Positions 1 to 7,815 of a DNA stretch of 50,505 bases are shown one piece after another. The DNA lies in IMG/VR virus record IMGVR_UViG_3300049165_000088, positions 1 to 50,505 of that record, one strand, 5' to 3'. The stretch's first letter is position 1, and each line of letters starts with the position of its first letter. Below the pieces are notes generated by a model that worked only from the letters and a program-made list of their open reading frames with translations, ran no database searches and was not told where the DNA came from. The position numbers and the translations under genes were made by a program. Source of the DNA: a virus. Lineage: Duplodnaviria > Caudoviricetes.

Positions 1-122
1 GGGGTGTCCCGTGGGGGGAGGGCGGTGAGCAACCGCAGGGCGGTCGCTTCGAGTTCGGGGAGGGTGGCGCGGCGGGAGTCGAGTTCGATCTCTCGGGTTC
101 CGTCGGTGATGCGCAGCCGCAC
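1..122 (-). CDS. Hypothetical protein, 5' part only (runs off window start)
   Basis: GGAGG RBS then GTG; MRLRITDGTREIELDSRRATLPELEATALRLL...; not in ORF track. Confidence 0.55.
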   Translation of the reverse strand, partial: MRLRITDGTREIELDSRRATLPELEATALRLLTALPPRDT

Positions 123-136
123 GGGTCCTCCCGGGG

Positions 137-508
137 TTACTCGACGGTGGGCGCTTCCCCGTTGACGACGGTGGCGAACACGCGGGCCGCGGCTTCCTTC
201 CTCGCCGGGACGGGGCACATCATCACCTGGTCGCCGTTCTCGATGGTGATGAACAGCTGCGTCATGTCCTTCTTCAGCGCGAGGGCGAAGATCCCGGTGA
301 GGAGTACGCGGGTGGCGGTGACGCGCTTCCCGGCGTCTTCGCCGCGCTCGATGGTGATGCGCGAGCCCTCGACGGGGATCGGGTCCTGATTTGGGGCCCG
401 GAACCTGCCACCCATGACCGTGAGGCCGGCTGATGCGGCGGCGGCGGTGATCTGACGCTGACGGCGGGCTGCTGCCTTCTCGGCGTCGGTCTTCTTCGGT
501 CCGAACAT
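137..508 (-). CDS. Hypothetical phage protein (123 aa)
   Basis: ATG at 508 after GAGGGGG; MFGPKKTD...KRVTATRVLLTGIFALALKK; upstream part of the 137..907 ORF looks non-coding. Confidence 0.75.
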   Translation of the reverse strand: MFGPKKTDAEKAAARRQRQITAAAASAGLTVMGGRFRAPNQDPIPVEGSRITIERGEDAGKRVTATRVLLTGIFALALKKDMTQLFITIENGDQVMMCPVPARKEAAARVFATVVNGEAPTVE

Positions 509-911
509 GCGGGCCCCCTCGGGTTTCGGGTGGGGGGCGGTCGGCCGGCTGTGGGGGCCGGTTCTGCGTTTGGGCATGCGGAACTGCCGCCAAGAATGCG
601 ACACGTGATCGCTCGAAGTCAACTCCCGTGGGGTGGTGGGAGAGAGAGCGCGCTCGGGCGTCGCGCGCGAACCTCCCGCAGGTCTCTCTCTACCTGTACC
701 CACCTGTAGTGGATTGGAGTGGAGTGGAACGCGCGCGCGCGAGAGACCGGGGAGTCCACCGGGGACAGAACGCGTTGACCTGCGGGAACGGTTTTCGTTC
801 GCCGTTTGATGCATGATGCAATCGGCGTCGAAAGCGTTTTGTTTGCGGTTTGTTTGCCTCGCGATTCGCGTGCGAAAGCGCGACGAACGCCGGGCGATCG
901 CGGGCATGAAA

Positions 912-942
912 CGACCCCGCCGGCCGGGTGCGGGCGGGGTCG
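912..942 (-). terminator. Intrinsic terminator-like hairpin
   Basis: 10-bp stem CGACCCCGCC/GGCGGGGTCG followed by TTTC on - strand. Confidence 0.55.
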
Positions 943-1018
943 GAATGCGGCTGCTCGGGTGTCTCGGCGGTCTGGAAGTGGGACCAAACTCACGGCCGGA
1001 CGGGTGCCCGGCAACGGC

Positions 1019-1054
1019 GAATCCCCGCCGACGGGGGACGTGCGGCGGGGATTC
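1019..1054. terminator. 12-bp GC hairpin, likely terminator
   Basis: GAATCCCCGCCG ... CGGCGGGGATTC perfect inverted repeat downstream of 1127..1303. Confidence 0.5.
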
Positions 1055-1126
1055 GGTTCCGGTAGCGCGCTGCAGCCAGTAGCGCGGATGGGATGCGAAC
1101 AGGCTACTGCGGGGGTGTGACAGTGG

Positions 1127-1303
1127 TCAGCGGCACGCTTCGCACACGCCGCATCCGATGACGTGGCCGTCGATCAGCTCGGGGGTGCACTCCTCGTCTT
1201 CGCGCGGGTCCGGTTTCGGCTCAGCGGCGATGCTGGCACAGACGCACATGGTCCCGCCGTCCGGGTCCTCGTCGGCTCCGCAGCCGTCCAGGTGTGCGCT
1301 CAT
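1127..1303 (-). CDS. Small Cys-rich acidic protein (58 aa)
   Basis: AAGGAG RBS; MSAHLDGCGADEDPDGGTMCVC...GCGVCEACR; translated by hand. Confidence 0.6.
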   Translation of the reverse strand: MSAHLDGCGADEDPDGGTMCVCASIAAEPKPDPREDEECTPELIDGHVIGCGVCEACR

Positions 1304-1304
1304 G

Positions 1305-1448
1305 TCACTTCTCCTTCGGGGTGCCGGGGACGGGCTTCGGGCCGGCCTGGGCGTAGCCGCCGCGGGAGGCGGCGTACTCGCGGGAGTGCGGGTTGTCGGG
1401 GGTCGCGGACTGCGGGTCGCGGGCGGGCATGGTCTTCCTGAGTGCCAT
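1305..1448 (-). CDS. Small hypothetical protein (47 aa)
   Basis: AGGA RBS; MALRKTMPARDPQSATPDNPHSREYAASRGGY...; abuts next gene. Confidence 0.55.
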   Translation of the reverse strand: MALRKTMPARDPQSATPDNPHSREYAASRGGYAQAGPKPVPGTPKEK

Positions 1449-1525
1449 GATCGGGGTTCCTGTCTCGTGTTCGGGATGGGTGAACCGGGGCGGCCGGATG
1501 CCTGGCAGCGAGGGCCGCCCCGGGG

Positions 1526-1723
1526 TCAGTTGTCGGTGGGCGTGCAGCCCTTGCGGATTGCGCGGGCTTGCCCCTCGAACGCATCGAGCGCTCGGGGGTC
1601 GAAGCGCCCGAACTCCTTCTGCACGTCCCTACCGAGACGGGCGTACAGGCTGGCCGCCTCGCGGTACTGGCCCTGTTTCTCAGCGTGCGCGGCTTCGGTC
1701 ATGCGGCGTTCAACGTCGCTCAT
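1526..1723 (-). CDS. Small helical, TPR-like protein (65 aa)
   Basis: GGAAGGA RBS; AAHAEKQGQYREAASLYARLG helical pattern. Confidence 0.65.
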   Translation of the reverse strand: MSDVERRMTEAAHAEKQGQYREAASLYARLGRDVQKEFGRFDPRALDAFEGQARAIRKGCTPTDN

Positions 1724-1751
1724 GGGGTCCTTCCGTGGTGAGTAGACCGGC

Positions 1752-1823
1752 GGTAGATACGCCGGTAGGTCAGGTAGTTGGTCCGGTATCTGCGCAGGTA
1801 GAAGGCGGTATTACGCGGCGGTA
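1752..1823 (+). repeat. Array of 7 oriented GGTA(G/T) motifs, 9-13 bp apart
   Basis: GGTA at 1752, 1764, 1773, 1785, 1797, 1807, 1820, all on one strand. Confidence 0.7.
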
Positions 1824-2419
1824 GTCGCGTCGCCGCGATCCAGGGGAGGGACTCCGGCCGGCTGGTCCTGCGGAAGATCATCGCGGTGGATACCGGGCCG
1901 GTTCCGTCCGGCAACTTTGAGCTGCTGACGGACGGGGAATCCCCACCTCTCCAGGGCGGCTCGGAAGCCGGGCACGTCGAGGTCGGTGAAGAGGCCGTGG
2001 GCGTGGGCGTGGGTGAGCAGCTCGGAGAGGTGCACCCCGTTGCGGTCGGCGACCTGGTCGCGGATCCATTCGAGGGTGGCCTCGTAGACGTCATCAGGTG
2101 GTGCGGGCTCGTCCTCTTCCGGGGCGTCCTCGGGCTGCTCGGCGCGGCGGCGGCCGGCCTTCCACGCGGCGCGGAGCCACAGGGCGGTGAGCAGCCACAT
2201 CAGCCATGTCGCGCGGGCGAGGATCGCCCACACGATGTACGCCGCGGCGGCGAGCACGGCCAGGCGCAGCAGCGGCCCGAGCGCGGCGCGCCAGCCGGTG
2301 AGGTCGTCGCGGCGGCCGGCGGCGACCCATGCGGCCAGGGCGTCAGCGCGGCGCCGGTAGACGGTTGTGGAGCCGTCGGCGATCCGCTCGGCGGCACGGG
2401 CGAGGAAGCGGCGCTTCAC
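1811..2419 (-). CDS. Membrane protein with C-terminal putative winged-helix DNA-binding domain (202 aa)
   Basis: GTG overlaps upstream stop; two hydrophobic helices; C-terminal GVHLSELL...FRAALERWGFPVRQQLKVAGRNRPGIHRDDLP. Confidence 0.7.
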   Translation of the reverse strand: MKRRFLARAAERIADGSTTVYRRRADALAAWVAAGRRDDLTGWRAALGPLLRLAVLAAAAYIVWAILARATWLMWLLTALWLRAAWKAGRRRAEQPEDAPEEDEPAPPDDVYEATLEWIRDQVADRNGVHLSELLTHAHAHGLFTDLDVPGFRAALERWGFPVRQQLKVAGRNRPGIHRDDLPQDQPAGVPPLDRGDATTAA

Positions 2420-2922
2420 AGCCACCCCTGCGCCTGGGCCATGACCCGGACCTGCATGCCGAAGGTGTTCACCAGGTCCGGCAGCCACGTCAGCAGGCCG
2501 GCGATTCCGGCAGTGATGCACAGCGTCGCACCGCAGAACAGCCCGCCGCCGAGCCGCTTCTTCTCGTCCTTCTTCGCCGCCTTCCACGACAGGATGACGG
2601 CGACCGTGAACAGCGCGACGATCACGGCCCCTTCCTCCGTCAGTGACCCGATCGACCCGCGGGCGAGGGGCGAACTCGAACTCGAACCCGTGATGCCTGA
2701 TACGCCCTTCTGGCCTGCGGAGTTGGCGACGCCGGGTGCGCAACTGGCGAGCCATCCGAGGACGCCGCCGGCGCAGGCGGTCGCGAGTGCGCCGAGCGTG
2801 AAGCCCTGCCCGAAGTGGGCGAGGTCCTTGATGTCGCGGGTGCCTTTCCACCAGCGGCGGAAGTTGGCGTAGGCGATCACGAGGGCGAGGGCGAGTCCGG
2901 TGAGGGAAAGTCCGGTGGTCAT
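2416..2922 (-). CDS. Multi-pass membrane protein (168 aa)
   Basis: ATGA overlap with upstream gene; about 4 hydrophobic segments. Confidence 0.75.
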   Translation of the reverse strand: MTTGLSLTGLALALVIAYANFRRWWKGTRDIKDLAHFGQGFTLGALATACAGGVLGWLASCAPGVANSAGQKGVSGITGSSSSSPLARGSIGSLTEEGAVIVALFTVAVILSWKAAKKDEKKRLGGGLFCGATLCITAGIAGLLTWLPDLVNTFGMQVRVMAQAQGWL

Positions 2923-3512
2923 CGGGGGTGTACTCCTGTCAGGGCGGTGACGGCGTCGAACCAGTGGATTGCGCCGGTGCACCCGATGAGGGCGACGACG
3001 AGGGCGACCAGCCAGCGCAGGGCCCGGCTGCGGAGGAACGCCCGGCCGGCGAGCAGCAGCGGGACCAGGGCGAGCCCGTAGCCGTACGCGACGCCGAAGT
3101 CGGTCCGGGCCTCGCCCACGCAGTAGGCCCAGATCGAGCCGATGCTGTATCCGACGCCGGGGATCGGGATTACGGCGGCGGCGAGTGCGGCGAGGATCTT
3201 CCAGACGGGTGCGATGTTGCGGATGCGGTCCCACAGGGTGGGTTCGGGTTCGGGTTCGACGGGTTCGGGTTCGAAGGTGACCCGGACTTCAATCACGCCG
3301 GGGTGCGCGGGTTCGGGTGCGGGTTCGGGGTTCGGGTGCGCCGGGGGTGCGGGCGGGCCGGTTCGGGTGCGCGGCGGGTTCGGGTCCGGGTTCGGGTGCG
3401 CACTCGGGTGCGGCCGGTCCCACCACGGCGGGATGTCGTCGGGTCCGGGCGGCCGCGCGGGCAGGGGCGCGCCGGGCGGGATGATCCGGGTCGGGGTCAC
3501 GGGTTCAGGCAT
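2919..3512 (-). CDS. Pro-rich N-terminus, membrane C-terminus protein (197 aa), spread-protein-like
   Basis: ORF track; PEP/HPNP region then 3-4 TM segments. Confidence 0.7.
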   Translation of the reverse strand: MPEPVTPTRIIPPGAPLPARPPGPDDIPPWWDRPHPSAHPNPDPNPPRTRTGPPAPPAHPNPEPAPEPAHPGVIEVRVTFEPEPVEPEPEPTLWDRIRNIAPVWKILAALAAAVIPIPGVGYSIGSIWAYCVGEARTDFGVAYGYGLALVPLLLAGRAFLRSRALRWLVALVVALIGCTGAIHWFDAVTALTGVHPR

Positions 3513-4030
3513 GACGGGGTCCTAGACGAGTGCGAGGGCGAGTGCGCACCCGGCGATGAACCCGAGTGCGACGGCGGGTGCAAGGCGGGCGGGTTCGGGT
3601 GCGAGGCGGGTGAGTCCGGCGTACGAGCCGAGCATCGACAGGCAGGCGAGGACGGTGAACGCGGCGTGCATCACGGCTTCGTCCGTCCGTAGACGATGGC
3701 GATCACGTCTTGTGCCTTCGGCTGACCGATGCGCAGCTCGCGCTTTGCCCGCTTGAGCGTGAGCCGGCCGGTCTTGGCGAGTTCGCGTCCGCGGCGTACG
3801 AGTTCGTCGAACTCGGGTGCGGGTGCGGGTTCGTCAGGTGCGGGGCCCGGGTTCGACTCAGGTTCGGGTCCGGGTTCAGCGCACTCGGGTTCCGGGTCCG
3901 GGATGCGGGCGTGGACCTCGACCCGGGCCCGTGACGCGGCGAGTGCGCCCACGGGTGCGGTGAGTTCAGGGATCGGCGGGTGCATGGGTGCGAGGTCGAG
4001 CACGAACTCGGCGGGTGCGGTAGCGGGTGC
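3236..4030 (+). repeat. Dense oriented GGGTGC/GGGTTC short repeats spanning three genes
   Basis: Many CGGGTGC and CGGGTTC copies at about 3236-3412, 3575-3612 and 3812-4030, nearly all on one strand. Confidence 0.7.
3522..3671 (-). CDS. Small two-helix membrane peptide (49 aa)
   Basis: MHAAFTVLACLSMLGSYAGLTRLAPEPARLAPAVALGFIAGCALALV; start overlaps upstream stop. Confidence 0.6.
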   Translation of the reverse strand: MHAAFTVLACLSMLGSYAGLTRLAPEPARLAPAVALGFIAGCALALALV

Positions 4031-5185
4031 GAGTGCGAGCGCCTTGGCGGCCGCCGCGTCGAAGCTGAGCACCGGCTGCTCGTCGGGTTCGGGTGCGGGC
4101 TCGTCTAGGGCCTGCTCTGCCATCGGAGCGTGCGGCGAGTCCAGGCGCGGCGGGTTCCCGGCCCGGATGGCGATGCGGACCTGTGTCTCTGACACCGGTA
4201 CGCCGTACTCGGTGCAGAGGGCAGCCAGTTCAGCAGGCGTCGCCGCGGGGTGCGCCACACGCACCCGCTCGATTGCGTCGATCGGGTCCATACGCCGAAG
4301 GTGCGCGCCAGCGACCCCGAGTGCCGTACTCGGGTGCGGCTCGGTGGACACTTCTTCGCTCGTCCAGGGAGAACGCAAGGGGACGGTCGTCAGCTCGCCT
4401 GCGGTGCGGCGAGCTGCGAGAGCCTGCAGAAGCTGGTGCCGCTGCTCGCCGTTCGTGCCGACGCATGCCCGAGCGACCGCGGCCGCGAGCCGTCGCCGTC
4501 CCCATCCGTGCAGCCTGGGACGCGCGGCGAGGCGGACGGCGCGAGCCGTCGCTCGGTCGCGGCTGATTTGCTCCGCGGTTCGGTCCCGGGTCGCGAGTCC
4601 GAGGTAGGACAGTAGCCGTTCCCGGATCTCGCGCCCGAGCATGGCGGGGAGTCCCGTCGACAGCGCTTCGGGTCGTACGACGCGGATTTCGAGTCCCATG
4701 GCCAGGTGCCAGAGCAGGCCGGCCATGACGGGGCCGATGATCGCTCGGACGGTGCCGCCGACGAGTCCAGATGTGGCGTAGCACGGGATGACCTGCACAC
4801 CGGTGATGACCCATACGAGTACGCCGGGAACGCCGGGCGAACCGGCTTCGGTCTGCGTGGCGGTGGCAGCCTTGTTGGCGCGGGCCATGACAGCGCAGGC
4901 GAGCAGGGCGAGTTCCCCGGCCGCGAACATCACGGCCCGCTCCGTGGTGTCGTGCATGCCGAGCCGGTCGCCGGCGAAGCGCCACGAGGTGTCGCCGGAG
5001 TAGGCGGTGCACACGACCGCTCCGGCGGCGGCGACGATGACCGGCGTCGGTGGGCGGTCCCACCTGCGGATCGTGCGGATCGCGAGCCAGAGTGCGGCAG
5101 CGGTAGTGATGAGTGCGGCAGCGGTGACGCCGACGGTCGGCCACGGGTGGTCGACCGCCCACCGGGTGAGCTGGTCAGTGGGCAC
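3671..5185 (-). CDS. SpdB/DUF2637-like multi-pass membrane protein with Pro-rich linker and C-terminal wHTH-like domain (504 aa)
   Basis: GGAGGAG RBS before GTG 5185; 4-5 TM segments; C-terminal KRELRIGQPKAQDVI resembles the FtsK-gamma LRIGYNRA helix. Confidence 0.65.
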   Translation of the reverse strand: MPTDQLTRWAVDHPWPTVGVTAAALITTAAALWLAIRTIRRWDRPPTPVIVAAAGAVVCTAYSGDTSWRFAGDRLGMHDTTERAVMFAAGELALLACAVMARANKAATATQTEAGSPGVPGVLVWVITGVQVIPCYATSGLVGGTVRAIIGPVMAGLLWHLAMGLEIRVVRPEALSTGLPAMLGREIRERLLSYLGLATRDRTAEQISRDRATARAVRLAARPRLHGWGRRRLAAAVARACVGTNGEQRHQLLQALAARRTAGELTTVPLRSPWTSEEVSTEPHPSTALGVAGAHLRRMDPIDAIERVRVAHPAATPAELAALCTEYGVPVSETQVRIAIRAGNPPRLDSPHAPMAEQALDEPAPEPDEQPVLSFDAAAAKALALAPATAPAEFVLDLAPMHPPIPELTAPVGALAASRARVEVHARIPDPEPECAEPGPEPESNPGPAPDEPAPAPEFDELVRRGRELAKTGRLTLKRAKRELRIGQPKAQDVIAIVYGRTKP

Positions 5186-5257
5186 GTGCTCCTCCGGAGC
5201 GGAGAAAGGGGCCGGGCCCGCGGTGGGGTTCACGGGCCCGGCCGGTAAGGGGGGTTA

Positions 5258-5530
5258 TCAGGTGGCGGGTGTCCAGCGGGTGGGGGCGACGCCGTCGGTC
5301 GGGCGGATGCTGACCGTCGTGCCGTCGGCCGTGGCGGTCCCGCCGTGGAGGGCGGCCCCGGCGATCTCGATCTGCACGTGACCGCCGCAGATCGTCGTGC
5401 CGTCGAACATCGGCACCCACGTGCCGCCGTCGAGGTACTCGCCGGCGTATCGGGCGTCCGGGTCGATCGTGGCGATCAGAGGGTGCGCGAAGGCGGCGGC
5501 GATGACGTCGGAGTTGTCGAGGTGCTTCAC
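5258..5530 (-). CDS. Hypothetical protein (90 aa)
   Basis: ORF track; GTGA overlap with upstream gene. Confidence 0.65.
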   Translation of the reverse strand: MKHLDNSDVIAAAFAHPLIATIDPDARYAGEYLDGGTWVPMFDGTTICGGHVQIEIAGAALHGGTATADGTTVSIRPTDGVAPTRWTPAT

Positions 5531-5697
5531 CGGCGGCCCCTCGCTTCCTGCTTGGCCATCGTGGCGCGTACGTCCTCGCCGGCGTTGTAGTCGAGGGCGC
5601 AGCCCATCGGGGTTGCGGGTGCGTCGATGAACCGGTGCGGCCGGGGGGTGCGGTCCGGGGCGGGCGCCTGCTCGTACTTCGGTTTGAAGATCTTCAT
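5527..5697 (-). CDS. Hypothetical protein (56 aa)
   Basis: MKIFKPKYEQAP...; TGATG coupling with upstream gene. Confidence 0.6.
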   Translation of the reverse strand: MKIFKPKYEQAPAPDRTPRPHRFIDAPATPMGCALDYNAGEDVRATMAKQEARGRR

Positions 5698-6020
5698 CAG
5701 ATCGACCTCGCCATCGCGCGGATGATCCCGGCCTGCTCGCCGTACGTGTTGCCGGCCGCCCCGTTGGGGAGGGCCTGCCAGGCGATCGCGGCCGCGTTGT
5801 CGGCGACCGGGGTCGGCAGGTTGGAGACGACCGCGGCGACGGCGTGCGCGTAGGTGCCGCGCCACTTCGGATCGGTCAGGATCGCGGCGGGCCGCTCCTG
5901 GTCGAGCAGAGCGGCAGCGGCGATGAGGATCTGCGCGGCGTACGTGGGCTGCGGAGTGGCCGGCCGTAAGGCCTGCGGAGGGGTGGGGGCGAGCACGGCG
6001 CCCCGGATACGATTCAGCAC
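5697..6020 (-). CDS. Hypothetical protein (107 aa)
   Basis: AGGAG RBS before GTG 6020; first gene of the module. Confidence 0.65.
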   Translation of the reverse strand: MLNRIRGAVLAPTPPQALRPATPQPTYAAQILIAAAALLDQERPAAILTDPKWRGTYAHAVAAVVSNLPTPVADNAAAIAWQALPNGAAGNTYGEQAGIIRAMARSI

Positions 6021-6059
6021 TGTCTGACGCTCCTGTTCACAGCAGGGTGTCGGGCGTCC

Positions 6060-6162
6060 CGCGAGGTGTGTCACCGCCTGCGGGGTCTGGCCGGGCCCGG
6101 TGTGTCACCACCGGGCCCGGTCGTGTTGCGGCCCCGTTCGGTGTGTCACCACTGGACGGGGC
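6060..6162. repeat. Three tandem hairpins sharing the loop motif GGTGTGTCACC
   Basis: GGTGTGTCACC at 6065, 6099 and 6140, each centred in a different stem. Confidence 0.8.
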
Positions 6163-6176
6163 TTTCTGCGATTACG

Positions 6177-6221
6177 AACGTACGGAGACCTCTTTACATT
6201 GTCAAGAGGTTCGGAGAGGAT
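6177..6221. promoter_or_regulatory. Overlapping divergent promoters with a 23-bp palindromic operator
   Basis: - strand TTGACA-17-TACGTT; + strand TTTACA-17-GAGGAT; palindrome ACCTCTTTACA-T-TGTCAAGAGGT 6188-6210. Confidence 0.75.
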
Positions 6222-6227
6222 GAGCCC

Positions 6228-6479
6228 GTGCCGGACGAGCCGACCCCACCCGAGAGCGGTGATCACCCCATGACGATCGCCGAGATCTGCGCCGAGCACG
6301 GCGTCAGTCGGCAGACACTGCACGCGCTGCGCGCGAACCCTGAGAGCGGGTTCCCCCAGCCGGTCGGTACGCCGGGCAGTACGCGGCCGCGGTACCGGCG
6401 CCGCGAGGTCGCCGCCTACTTCGAGGCGCACCCGCTGCGGCCCGGCCGGCGTACCGACCTCGAACAGCCCGAGCAGTAG
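6228..6479 (+). CDS. AlpA/excisionase-like HTH regulator
   Basis: MTIAEICAEHGVSRQTLHALR...FPQPV...RPRYRRREVAAYF...RPGRRTDL; alternative start ATG 6270. Confidence 0.8.
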   Translation: MPDEPTPPESGDHPMTIAEICAEHGVSRQTLHALRANPESGFPQPVGTPGSTRPRYRRREVAAYFEAHPLRPGRRTDLEQPEQ

Positions 6480-6490
6480 CAGGCCGGCAT

Positions 6491-6531
6491 GACGACGCCC
6501 CCGCCGAAGGGAGATCGGCGGGGGCGTTGTC
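6491..6531. terminator. Bidirectional terminator hairpin
   Basis: 17-bp stem between convergent genes 6228..6479 and 6545..7507. Confidence 0.75.
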
Positions 6532-6544
6532 GTGTGCCCGGATC

Positions 6545-7507
6545 CTATGCTGCGGCTCGCTCCTTCGCCGCCTTCCGCTGCTGCCGCCGGGCTTCGGCTC
6601 GCTTCGCCCTTTGCTCCGCCTCGGCCCGCTTCCGCTCGGCCGCGTCGAGCGCCTTCTGCAGCGCGGCGAGCTGCTCGGGCGTCGACCACACGCGCCCCCG
6701 CCGGTCCACGTCGAACGGAACCGGGGCGTTGCAGTCGATGAGCCCGGTCGAGCAGGTCACGCTCATGACTGTCCCGGCCTCGGTGTGCAGCACGAGCTCG
6801 CCGCCGCACCACGGGCACGGCCGGCCGGGCATGACCGCCGCCGTGCGGCCGGTGCCGAGGACCCGGTCGAGCCTGGCCGCGGCCTCGCGGGCGTAGGCGG
6901 CGATCCGGGCCTGCTCCCGGTCGTGCGTCGCACAGCACGGCCCGCCGAGCCTGCCGAGCAGGTACCGGACCGCGGTCGGCACGGTGCGCATGGTCCGTTC
7001 CCGGTCGTGCCAATCCTCCGGGTACACGCGGCGCGTCAGATCCTCGGTGTGCCAATCCGACGGGGCGACTGCATCCCGGGCGCTGATCGAGTCGGCGAGC
7101 CCGCAGAGCGCGAGCTCGATCGCGCGGCAGGCGTCGGCGACGTGCAGCCGGATCGGCACGGGCCGTTCGCCGAGCTGCGCCGGGTCGCGGTCCTCACGCA
7201 CCGGGTGCGGGAGCCCTTCGCCAACGTGGTCGCAGAACGCGCACTTGTAGTAGAGCTGCCCGGTGTGGTGCCGGGTGGTGATGAGCCGCTGCGGGTGGGC
7301 GACGGCGTGCGCGATCGCTTCGGCGAGTGACTGTGCGGCGGACACTTCGGCGGCGTCCTGCTCGTCGAGGGCACGCAGGTACTCGGCGCCCGGCTTCTGC
7401 GGCGGCCACGTCTGGCCGGGGCCGGTGGTGTCGAGCAGGGCGCGCAGGTGGTCCCAGTGGTCGAGGATGTGCTGCAGGTTCTCGGCGGGCGTGCGGGTGT
7501 GGTTCAT
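6545..7507 (-). CDS. Zn-finger phage protein, possible late transcription regulator (320 aa)
   Basis: CAFC and PCPWCGG motifs; last gene of the early operon; AGGAG RBS. Confidence 0.65.
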   Translation of the reverse strand: MNHTRTPAENLQHILDHWDHLRALLDTTGPGQTWPPQKPGAEYLRALDEQDAAEVSAAQSLAEAIAHAVAHPQRLITTRHHTGQLYYKCAFCDHVGEGLPHPVREDRDPAQLGERPVPIRLHVADACRAIELALCGLADSISARDAVAPSDWHTEDLTRRVYPEDWHDRERTMRTVPTAVRYLLGRLGGPCCATHDREQARIAAYAREAAARLDRVLGTGRTAAVMPGRPCPWCGGELVLHTEAGTVMSVTCSTGLIDCNAPVPFDVDRRGRVWSTPEQLAALQKALDAAERKRAEAEQRAKRAEARRQQRKAAKERAAA

Positions 7508-7596
7508 GGCGGGTGTACTCCTGTGGCGCGTAGGGTGATCACACCGCGTGGGGCGCCCCGGACATCTGGCCGGATGAGGGGCGCCCCGTCGTCGTG

Positions 7597-7815
7597 CTAC
7601 GGGCGGTTCTGGGGACGTGAGCCGGTCTCGCGGATGGCTGCGGCCACTTCGAGCAGCGCGTGCACGATGCCGATGCCTGCGAGGGCGGCCGCCTTCGCGC
7701 TATGTGCAAGCATCACGTCGGTGCCGACTCGGCCTGTCGGGATTCTGCTCAGCTCGTCGACAGCGTCGCGGGCACGCTTATCAGCGACCTCGCGGTCGAA
7801 CCTTGCGTCGGTCAT
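7597..7815 (-). CDS. Hypothetical protein (72 aa)
   Basis: AAAGGA RBS; ATGA overlap. Confidence 0.65.
   Translation of the reverse strand: MTDARFDREVADKRARDAVDELSRIPTGRVGTDVMLAHSAKAAALAGIGIVHALLEVAAAIRETGSRPQNRP

Noticed and set aside
137-907. Full 256-aa ORF
   Set aside because: Only 137..508 has an RBS and protein-like composition; the upstream extension crosses the non-coding region.
6060-6162. Triple GGTGTGTCACC repeat as a second CRISPR array
   Set aside because: The shared unit is only 11 bp and the flanking sequences are self-complementary stems, not spacers.
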